Assembly: GCA_040357565.1 (NCBI GenBank)
Contig: JBDODJ010000012.1
Source: Cercozoa sp. M6MM
Lineage: Eukaryota > Protista > Endomyxa: Ascetosporea
DNA length: 64,000 nt
Strand: one strand, 5' to 3'
This document shows positions 1-11,061 of this stretch, piece by piece. The position numbers were made by a program, and so were the translations under genes. The notes beneath the pieces are model-generated. The model ran no database searches. It was given only the letters and a program-made list of their open reading frames with translations, and was not told where the DNA came from. The number at the start of each line of letters is the position of its first letter. Position 1 is the first letter of the stretch.

Positions 1-46
<46 letters not shown>

Positions 47-170
47 CCCACATACACACACACGCTCACGCGCAAAAGCACAGACGCAGACGCAGACACA
101 GACACAGACACAGATACAGACACAGGCACAGACACAGACACAGACACACACAAGCGTATCCTTGATGAAC

Positions 171-2840
171 TTACGGCGAGTCCATCTGCACACCGAGTCC
201 CGAGCGAAGGTCCATCATGCACGCGTGGCCGTACTTGCCTGTGGCACGCACGGCATGCGGTGCTTCAACCAAGACACAATGCGCGAAGTACCTTGACGCG
301 GGTGCAGGTCGAGGTAGAAGTAGCCCAGCGGTGTCTCCGTCTGCTTCACACCTCGAATAGACCGAATGCACAGGTATACTTGCACTCAAGAAAGAAAGAC
401 ACATACCGCATCACGCGCATCACTGACGGCGTAGTACTTGACCGAGGCCTTGCCGGCATCGTTCTCACCCAGCCACGTCACCGGTGCGTCGGCCACTGCA
501 CACACACACACACACGCACACACACACACACACATGCGAATTCAGTGAGTTTACTCAAAGAGGATGAGGGCTACCACAAGTGAAACGCAGTTGCAGCAGC
601 GACTGGTACAAGGAGAGCGTCGCGTCAATCACATGTTCCAGTGGGAAGTACTGTTTCACTTGCTCCTCATCTGTAAAACACAGAAGTCACTGGGACCGAC
701 AACAAATGTGATTTGACAGTCGTAAGGTACCCAGATTAAGTTCTTGTTCCTCCACCCGCGCGCAGTAAAAGCGCCAGTCGTGAGCGTGCACCTCAACCTC
801 CTCTGCCTGTAACGGAGGATCACGTCATCACGGCAGAGAAGAGACCCACCTACCGAAGCTGGACGCGGAGTGTTAACCCAAGCCTCCTGATCGCTGAACT
901 TGGCCTCCTACAGCAACGGAAATAAACATGAAAGGCAAAAGCGAGTGCATGACTGACCTTCAGCTTGAAGAGATCGCGCTGCAGCGGAGCATCCAGCTTG
1001 GACAGCACTTCGGCCTCAAACTCTGCCACGCGCTCCGGCGTCTGCGCCATCTCTGTCGACAGCACGACATGCGAGTGCGAGGGATAGCCTATACAAAAGT
1101 GATGCACACACGCACTCACAGCACAAGAAACCGCAGTCTGTACTGTACCCAGAAGGTCAGCAGCTTGTTTGCGCAACTGCACCACCTGGGTAAGAATCGG
1201 AAGGTTGCTCTCCTTGCAACTACAGGCAACAGACAGCACAGCACACAGCATATGTACATAGACCTGATAACACGCACAACGCGTACCGCGTTTGGAAGGC
1301 CTCCTCCACACGGCGACGCAAGTCAATGTTCCTGCACACCGCCAGAGTGAAACGCTCAGAAGAAAGATGCAAGACGATTGAGGGGATTACTTACTTGCAC
1401 TGTCGCATCAGCGGAAAGTAGACCGGGTAGTCACCCACCTTAAGAACCTTCTTGCCCTCCTTGTCTGGCAACTGTTGGACACCAAGGGAGGGGTGACACA
1501 CGTGTAACAACAAGCGAGGGAGGAGACAAGCACCGACTCCAGGAACTCGACCGGCATGCCGCGAAGCTCCGCGACGTCGCACAACAGCTGCGTTTCATCC
1601 TCGCTCAAGTTGCGCGAGAACTCAATCTCCTGCTCAGCACAGATAATAAGTCAAATTTAGCACAAACAGCAAGAAAGTAAAAACAAACAAAGTACGAGCT
1701 TGGAAATCTTCTGCAAAATCTCGCGAAGTTTCTCTCTGTTTTCGGCGCTCACGTTCTCGGCAAAACCTGTGCAAATTTGTTTGGAATCAGCAGCTTTCAC
1801 GTGAAACAAAAAGAAAGCTCGAGAAACGCACCATTGTCGCGGAACTTGTCAAACACCTTTTTCGCCGCGCGCTTTTGGGCTTCGGTGAGCGAGTCGCTGC
1901 AAAACAGTCAGACAGCAAGGGGGGGGGGTAAGTATCGATGCGCACTCATTTGAGTCGAAGTGACGCGCGCCAGCAAAAACGTCTTCACGCGTCCAGGCGG
2001 ACACTTCGTAATCGCCCCATTGTCTGTCATACAGTGACGTCGCAACACAACAGAAACCAATGTTAGAGGGTACTGCTCCATCTCCATGGCACAGTCACGC
2101 ATCGCCTTGTCCACGTGCACCTGCTCATGTGGTCATACGGCAAGAAGTAAGGTGAACACAGACAAGACGAACCATTTGAACGAAAGAGAACAAAGTAACA
2201 CGCGGTGCAACGAAGCTACACGGCTCGTCAGTTTGATCTCACATCATACGCGTCGCTCGTGTGTGTTTTTAAAGCCTAGATACCGCGCACATTCTTCGAA
2301 CTGGCCGATGGTGTCATCCCAAGTCGAACTCGCTACGGAGACACGAGCACAAGATCATCTCAACTTTGATGTAACAAAGCTCAGTACTGTTGTTGGCAAT
2401 GGAGTTGAAAAAGGCCTCGTGCGCCGCCTTCGTGTCGTTGAACAAGCCACGCAGCTCATCGACCTGAATTGAGACAGATCGAGCAAAGCAGAGACACAGA
2501 GGTGCTTGAACAAAAGTTGTTTACAGATCCAAAGTACCGACTCAGGCACACGCCAGTCAGTAGCGAAACTCGTTGCAACTGTCGAAGCTGTCGCTTCATC
2601 GACCCTAACACCACCACAAAGTCAAATCGCAACATTGCCAAGGACACAACAACGCCGAGAGTACCCGTTGTCGATAAGGACAGCCGTGTGTCGAGCAGCA
2701 CTTGCAATGCGGTCGAAATCGCCGGGCGAAAGTTTCTCCAAGTCACTTTCGCTGGCGACCGCTGGATTGATAGCAGTTGCGGCGCGCAAAAAATTAGGAA
2801 CCTTTCGCAAAGTTCTTGCGGCTTGAAGCTGGTACGACAT
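171..2840 (-). CDS. M3 family metallo-oligopeptidase (thimet oligopeptidase/neurolysin-like); multi-exon, 3' end runs off the window
   Basis: Spliced exons read EEQVKQYFPLEHVIDATLSLYQSLLQLRF, PLGYFYLDLHPRQG|KYGHAC, EIEFSRNLSED, NLPILTQVVQLRKQAADLLG|YPSHS and EMAQTPERV, which are typical M3A motifs. ATG at 2840 (MSYQLQAARTLRK...). The HExxH motif would lie beyond the left edge. Confidence 0.88.
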
Positions 2841-3112
2841 CTTTGGTGTGTTCTAACTGTGTCAAGCACACGCACACGCACTCCTGTACTACTGTTTGTG
2901 CAGTCAGATATCCGACTTATCAAGGAATTTATTTCTCGAAAAAGCTGTTTTGTGGGATTTTCGCGAGACCCGAAGCAGGCACAGATGCGTATCCGTTTTA
3001 TAGCGCGATACTTCGTCCCAAAACGCACAGGCATATCCTGTTTGAAACGAAACGATACAACGTCGCAGACACGCGCACTAGGAAGCTTGCGTCAACGAGA
3101 CTGAGAGCAGGG

Positions 3113-4819
3113 ATGGCTGACAAGAGTCGACTGTTTCAAGGGAATTTTGACTTTGCAATGTCGGAGCGCTCCACTGCGAGCACCGCCGCTCGCAGAAGCT
3201 TTTCGGTAAATACTCGCAAGGGTCATTCCTCTAATGGTCGTTTTTACCGAAAATATCCAGAAGGAAGCCAAGCGCGAAACAGAACGCTCGACTGAGGAAG
3301 TACCCGAGGACTTCGTGCCGCTTGATTTGCGAGCGAAAGGAATAACCATCAAGACTTGGCTCGTACTTTTTCTGCATACTAAAGGAGGTTGCGATGATGC
3401 TGTTTGTGCTGGCAGAGAAAAGCCGAGTTGCAGGATGATTCTTTGCTGGGATTGACTTTCTTTGGCAAGCAGTATAAACAACTCCATGGGGTATCGATAA
3501 TCGTTGGATTCGGGCAGTTTTTTGTGTTTAATTTCTGTCGCGTACCGCAGCAACCAGCTCACGGCAAACCTGGCGTTCCTGGCAAGCCTGACGTGGTCTA
3601 CCTCGATCGCGATGTTCCTCTGGAGCTGTAAACTGAACATTGCGTTCCTGTATTTACGAGACGCATTATCTCATATCGGACAAATGTAGACTCGAAGAGC
3701 TGCTTTGTGAAGAAAACAAACAACGAATGTTCATGGTGCCTCTCTCTCTCCCCCCATACCAATCTTTAAACCTCGCGCACTCTCAGCTTGGGAGAGAAAC
3801 GAAGCAACGCACTATGGAGCAACTCGAAGACACTGAAGCTCAAGATATGGCAGAGAAAGCACAAACTGAAACGGTATTGCTTCGATTGAGCGTACGCGTT
3901 TACGAAAGGTACGGACCAGGCACGTTGAGTGACCATGTCAAGTACCTGCTTGACGAGGCTCCATTCGCTAGTATTTTGCCCTCTATGTTTCAGAGATGTG
4001 TACCATGTTATTCATTTTGCTTATAGACAAGGTTCGAGTCGTTCTGCATGCAGCCTCGTTGCACTGGCAACCGGCGCTTCTCAAAGTCAACGGGTACTCC
4101 TTAAGAAACCCGGATTGGAGTCTACTTGAATGCAGCTGCTTTGATAATTGATTTCTGTAGCGCTCGGCTCCTGTCGGCGCTCGTGCGTACCGCGAGTGCT
4201 GCGATAGTACGCTGGCTGTTTACTTTTACACTGCTGGATGGTTAAACTACACGCCAGTAGGTGTCGGAATTCGCGACGCGAGAGTCCGCCGCAGACCGGA
4301 ACAGCATCTCTGTACCTTTATGCACTTCACTTCTAAGTCTTGTCGTTAAGTCTAACTGCCGTTATTGCTTTTGATGACAGGTAAATCTGGAGGGCGCTTC
4401 GGTGGAATCGCTTATCAAAGCGGTCAAGAAGGTCTCGCCGATGGTGCGACTGCACTTTAATTTATAATTACCACTTTTTATAAGACTCAATGTCGGTGTA
4501 GTGGGACACCTCGTTCGCATCGCTGGTTCAAGACGACTTGCGTGATCGGTTTGCGCTGTACGCGCGCAGTGTTTCTGGTAAGCTTCTGTATCGTACCCGG
4601 TATCTCTATTTTTAATTTGCGTATGTTTGATGCAGCCGAATGGGTCTTGCCTACATCCAGAAGTTGCCCGGTACAGTTCTCTGTTGTAACGAATGGGTTA
4701 TATCTGTACCACAGTATGTTTACTGCGTTCCAGTCGTGCGGTCGTCGGGGAAAACCAGCAGAAAGCGGAGTTTGTCAGTTGTATTATCTCCTCAGTATAC
4801 CGATACACTCAAGAACTGA
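3113..4819 (+). CDS. Hypothetical protein, multi-exon
   Basis: ATG at 3113 (MADKSRLFQGNF...), divergent from the M3 gene. A chain of GT-AG-bounded open exons can be built (KEAKRETERSTEE, QPAHGKPGVPGKPDVVYLDRD, LGRETKQRTMEQLED, VNLEGASVESLIKAVKK). No family recognised and the end is approximate. Confidence 0.45.
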
Positions 4820-4985
4820 GCGTACTAGTTGCTACAATATAGTTGCGGCGGAAGCTGGCTGACAGTTCGTACGGTGACCGCGCAGTTCTGACCGAACGTG
4901 GTTAACAGGAATTGAGTGACGGGAACCGAACTCAGGTCGGGTACGGCCACGGTACGATAGGGTAGTTCGGTTACTTAGTTAGTTC

Positions 4986-5084
4986 AGTCTACTATGAAAC
5001 CAACTATGTAGCTTCTTTGTGCGTGCGATGGCCCCGTAATCCACCGCGCCCGCATAGGGTGGGGCCATCCAACTCCCTTTCGAC
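4986..5084 (-). repeat. Dispersed structured repeat, copy A
   Basis: The minus strand reads GAGTTGGATGGCCCCACCCTATGCGGGCGCGGTGG...GGGGCCATC...CATAGTTGGTTTCATAGTAGACT, matching copies at 15194-15313 and 50177-50279. Confidence 0.75.
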
Positions 5085-5229
5085 AATGTACGATACGTAC
5101 CGTATTACATCCCGTCCGGCCGTACGGCAGTAGTACACTAGCGTAGTAATCGAATTATCGTCGCGCATCGCGTAAGACGAGAACCGAACGTCACGGCACC
5201 GTACGACTTTGGCGCGAATCCACGGCTGT

Positions 5230-8118
5230 TCACATCCCCGTGAGTTGTCGAATCTTCCGAATACTCTCACGCAGCTTGCGCTTCGCGGGTCCTTCTTCTG
5301 GCTCTGCTTCCTCTGTTCTGGTACGTGTTTCCGACACGCGCAATACTGCAAGGGCCTGTGAACAAGCAATAGACATGCACTTCAAACAGCGAGTGCATTG
5401 AAATCATACCGCTTCGCGATCGCGCTTAAAGTACAAGTCGCGTAGCTCGGAAAAGCGCAGATCGTCCTGTCACAAATCACACATAAGCCAGATAGTCACA
5501 AAAAGTGTGTCGATAAGAACAACGAACCTGACTGTTCGCTGCCATTCCCAGACGACGGATCTGCGGCAATCCAAGCATATTGATATCCACCACAAAAAAC
5601 ACACATGTACACAGGGTTCACACCAGTCGCACAAAGCGTGCATTGCACATGAGCGAGCTGCGCGACTTGCGGAGTTGCTCCACAAACGCAGTCAGTTGCA
5701 TCACCTTCACAACGTGAGCACAAATGACAGCACACAATGAAAGAAGAGCTGGCTGTACAAGCTTGCGGTCATGCGGAGCAAGCGCCGACACGAAACGGGC
5801 ATCGACAATGTGCGCACTTCATGTCCATCCATGCAAAAAGCACACAATGCATCCGTGCAATCCTGACTTACGTCCAGCGTCGTTGTGCTTGCATCTCGTC
5901 GACCAACAACGCAACCTGCCGCGGCGTGGCGCAGCTCTTCCCGAGTGCAGAAAAACGTCAATATAGGGTCATTGCACAGACACAGTTTTGAATAAACCAA
6001 GAAGCGAGCTGTCGACTGAAACGTGGCCTCAACTGCAGCAAGGGCAATGATGCACAGAACTTAATAAAAATGCAAAGTGCACCAATGGCATGTGGGCGTT
6101 GTGTGACCACGGTGGCACGTACGTCTTGTCCTTAATTTACACCAATGCAATCAGTGTAGCACCCTGAACACGTGATTCCTACGTTTTGTGCGTCCAAATG
6201 TGCGCGACAGATTCGCAGCCGTTTCCAACGCGTTCTGAGAGTGAGATCGCACACAGAATCGAAGGACACATGCCTGTGCTAGAATAACAAGGGATACCAA
6301 CAGATGCTTGTCCACCGCGTCATCACCGAGGAAGAGCAGATGTTTGGTCACGAGTGCCTGATGAATGGTAACCTCATCCGATCTCTGAGTCTTTCGCGGT
6401 CGTAAGTTGTACCTGCTGCAGTAGTACTGAGTGATCGCCACGCCGCACACCACCAAAGAACACTGCATAGAGTTCACACATATACATACGCATAAGAGCA
6501 AAAACTTGACGCAACACAATGAACTTACGAGCACGCGGATGCGCAGTGGTCCCGTTTAATTTAAACTGCACAACAATACCAGGCATACGAGGAAGACACT
6601 CAAACATCGAGGAAATAGTACGATGTGTCGCTTTCGTTGCGTCTCTTTCTCAGATGAATTCGATTCGGGCGGTGTTTCAAAGGGCGACCACACGTGCACG
6701 GGAACACCAACGCTGTGACATGCGCACTCGAAACTGTCGGCCACTCTACATGAACCTCAGGGATTACACGTATCCACAACAAAGAAAGCGCACGTGTGGT
6801 ACCGAAGGTCAAGGACATCAACGTGAGCAGGCGTGTTGCTCAGCAGGTTGTCGATCAAGGACAAACAACCGTCTCCTCGCAACCGTCGCAAAATTCGATG
6901 CATGGTTTCGTCTTTCGACTTTTGACGGAGCAGCACTAACACATGCATACGTACATATATATAGAATGATACATATGTGAAAATGGCGCGTACCAGGTGC
7001 GGTGCGTGTACTAAAGGTGTGAGTGACCACCTGGCCAGACCCGTATCTATGCTCGTGTTTCAACAGTACACGCGGTTGGTCGCTGGTCGAGCTCTCTAGG
7101 GGGAGATGAACAAACCAATGAAGAATGACACAAGCATACCGGAGCAAGGGATGAGCACCACTGTCAGTGTCGCAACGACGCTGCTGCTGCAGATCGGCGT
7201 GGATGGCAAAGTACGAGCGAAGCAGGTCCTGCCGCACCGAGCGCGGCGAGGCATCAAAGTCGCGCAATGCCGCCGCGTTGAGTCCAAGTGCCTGAGTGTG
7301 CGTGTGGAGTACCACACGTCGACACCTTTCACAGACAAGACACCGCATACCTCACGTGCAAGCGATGAAAGCGCTCGGTCCAGTTCGCCTGCAGCACAAG
7401 GGCTAGCATCGGAGAGCATATATGCACGTGCAGTCAGGTACCTCGTTCGCCCAGTGCCAGCGTCAGTTGTTCCTTCTCCATCTGACAAGAAGGGACATGT
7501 CATACAACATAACACTACAGGCAGACACATACCAGCATGGCGAGTGCCTCTGCATAGGACGAAAGATGCTGCGTCGCCGTGCCGACAGGCGGTACCTGGA
7601 AACCCAAAGTATGCATCTGGGGGTCAATCTTCAGATATACACTAGCTGTACCTGGTACTGTGAGTGTTCGTACTCTGGCGCGCCGTCATGAGTGGCCGCC
7701 TATACAAGTACACGAACCCGGTTAAAAACAGGTGCATTGCAACAGACAAAAAGTGGTACAGGTTCTCGTCTCGCCAGCTCAGCACGTGCGACCTGTGTAC
7801 AAAACATAGGGTAAATTGGCACACAAGCACACGCGCGCGCATCAGTACCTGCATGAAGGACAGTTGCTGAGGGTCGTGAGCGACCTATGGAAAACAAAGT
7901 CGGTATAAAACACAAGGTATAAAGGAATTAACGGAGTGAGATACTAGAACAACGTCGTAGCCGAACTGATGTGCTGCCTCGTGAGCCATTTTAACCAGGT
8001 GGCGGATCCTACATACGGTGGAATATCAACAACACAGAAACAACAAACCAGAGCGCATGCTACAATGTGCCACTGCTGTGTCGCAGTCCTGCCCACCCCT
8101 GGTGAACACACAAAGCAT

Positions 8119-8175
<57 letters not shown>

Positions 8176-9537
8176 AGATGTGTCAAAAACATGTACCGTG
8201 CCCAGGACAGGCAGGGCCACCAGCGGTCGCTCGCGTTGTAGCCGCCACTTCAGTCGTCTCTCCTGTCAGTGCACTCATAAGATAGATAAGATGATCGGTG
8301 CAGTCTCAGCGCACACAGAGAAAACGTACAGGACGGCGCAGGTCCAATGCGACCATGTGGAAGTACTGCCTGATTCCGTCGAGTGACTGTGTACACAAGC
8401 ACAAAACATATATACATACGTATATATACATATACGTATATGGCAGGATACAAGGAAGACAGCATCGACGTCGTTGCTGTGGCGCTCAATGCCGCGACAC
8501 GAGCGCGGGTAGGCCTCTTGATCAAGGTGCTGTACAGACACATGCATGTGTGTAACTAGAGGAGAACGACTTCTCACCTGGTGCCTGCGACGAGCCTGTG
8601 CGTCTCGTGCGTATCGAATGGTTTCCTGGTCCAGGTGCGTGTTGATCAGGTATAATGACGGCCAGTGGTCACGCCATGCGCTGCATCGGTTTCCCGTCAT
8701 CAGTCAGTTGATGCACAGCAGCCATCATTTAAAAAAACGCAGTATAGCATGGTACGGGTGCTCAAAGACACGTGCGACTCGTTTCGCGTGGTGCCAGCGC
8801 CGTTTGAAACACTGCTCAAGCACAGCGCAGCCCACAGGATCAAAAGCTTCACATCACACAAGTGGTACACAAGCGGTGGATATGAGAGCGCTACATCGTG
8901 CAGTTTGCACCAGCCACCGACGGATTCGAGAGCGTCCACGCGAGGTGCCACCTCCTGTAGAACAAGGGTAGTAACAAAGATACGAGGTATGCGAGTCGTA
9001 CATCTTGCAGGACAATGCCGCCTATGGACTCGGCCTGTGACAGTTGCATGGCATGTATGAGCACACAGAAGGTACGTGTATGGATACAGTAATTTACCAT
9101 CTCATCATGCAGCCAGTGAGTGGCGAGCAGGAACTTGACGCTCTTCCTGTCTTGCTGCAGGTGTTTCTCTGCCTGTCGGTTCGGTGTGATGGCACTGGGA
9201 TCTGTCTGTGTCTGTATCTGCGTCTGATCGGTGGCAGCGCCATCGTCGACAGCACCTGTGCCAATGTTGCGACGCTCGCGTCGTCGCTCTCGGCGCTGTT
9301 GCCGTCGCTCTCGTCGCTCTCGTCGCAACTGTCGCTTGCGTGACTCCTTGTTCAGTCCATGCCTCTTCTTGTGCTGCTTCTTGTTTGTCTTGTCCCTCTT
9401 GGTCTTCTTGTCCTTCTGGCGGCTGCGACGGCGCTGGTCTGTCTTGCCGCTCAACGAGTCACGCCTGTCGCGGAATCGTTTCTGGTGCATATATTTCGCC
9501 TTCTTGGCAGCACTCTGCATCTGCTCAGAGAGCACGT

Positions 9538-9579
<42 letters not shown>

Positions 9580-9679
9580 NNNNNNNNNNNNNNNNNNNNN
9601 NNNNNNNNNNNNNNNNNNNNNNNNNNNNNNNNNNNNNNNNNNNNNNNNNNNNNNNNNNNNNNNNNNNNNNNNNNNNNNN

Positions 9680-9722
<43 letters not shown>

Positions 9723-10946
9723 ATTGAACTGGAGTGTGCTGTACCGTGGCTTGGTGCATCACAGTCGCCGAGGCGCACCACTGCCAAGTACACCGGAAAT
9801 ACTCGGTCCACACGAGTGCAAGCAACAACACATACGGCATCGCAGTCGAGTCGACGAATGTCGCCTTGCACAATGAACACATGACCACCCGAGCCATGTC
9901 CGAAATGAGGCCACGACTCTTCTTCAACGATGTCACTCCAGCCCGAGTCGCTGCTGTGACTGCTGCTGCTGCCGCCGCTGCTGCTGCTGCTGTCACTACT
10001 GATTGACGAGTCACTGTCAGAGCCAGAGTCATCAAGCTGATTGTCTTGCTGCTGCTGCTGCTGCTGCTGCTGTTGTTGTTGCTGCTGTCGTTGTTGCTGC
10101 TGTCGTTGTTGCTGCTTCTGGTCGTTTGTGACGTCAGCCACGTTGTTGTTGTCGCCATCATCGTCGTCCTTACAACTGGCATCGTCAGTACCGGCGGCAG
10201 TGTCATTGTTTAGTGTGTTGAGCACCAGCGAACCTGTCGGTGTGCCTGAGGCAGAAGCAGCAATAGACGACTGATCACACTATTGCAAAAAAGGCTCTAC
10301 CCATGCAGTCCTTGGGCGCGGCGTGCATCGACTCCGGAACGGCTTCCGACAACACGTCGTACAAGGTCGACTAATGTCATAGAAAACCTAGAAATCACTC
10401 AGGAGAATACAAACATGGTACACTGCGCAGCTCTGCCGGCACAGAGGACAGGAAATCACCGAGTCTGCCCAACCAACAAGCAGAGGGTGTGAAACAAGAG
10501 CGAATATCTGCAGGTGACAAGAATGGACGCACCTCTCAAACAGTTCGGCGTCTTCGCGGTACAGTTCTACTTGCAGCAAGTCCTGCCAGAAAAACAAAAC
10601 AAAGCAAATGCGCAACCCGAGAAAATGCAGCAAAGAAGAGTGCACCAGGAAGCGTTCGAGCCAGTGTGCGCCATTGGCAAAATTCCACTGCTCCTCCGGC
10701 ATTGACACGATGCGTAATGCTATGCATACATACACAAGTGCATGGGCACACTTAGGTAGGGAAGTAATCACACAGAAAGTAGGGTACAGTGCTGCGAGTT
10801 GCGACTCCATTCGGCAGCTACAAACATCATATCCACACTGTACGACAGTGATACAGATACACCGCGAGGGAAAGGAACCCATGTCTTGTCCTTGTGCTTG
10901 TGTTAGTGCCAAGACTGTCGTGGTGTTCTTGGAACTGGACACACAC

Positions 10947-11000
<54 letters not shown>

Positions 11001-11010
11001 NNNNNNNNNN

Positions 11011-11061
<51 letters not shown>

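Noticed and set aside
5020-5075. HDV-like, hammerhead, twister ribozyme or group II intron domain V identity for the dispersed hairpin
   Set aside because: The required core motifs (P1.1 and J4/2, CUGANGA/GAAA, the domain V bulge geometry) could not be placed convincingly by eye.
5400-6000. Apparent Cys-rich RING/zinc-finger ORFs at the 3' end of the Macro-SIR2 gene
   Set aside because: The Cys residues come from introns or wrong frames. The spliced frame (RQVALLVDEMQ, AHIVDARFVSAL, FVRL|IRRLG) matches the tail of the SIR2 unit instead.
10400-10520. CPLCRQSC zinc-finger-like motif between SIR2 and Macro
   Set aside because: It is out of frame. The splice-consistent frame reads LGDFLSSVPAELRS.
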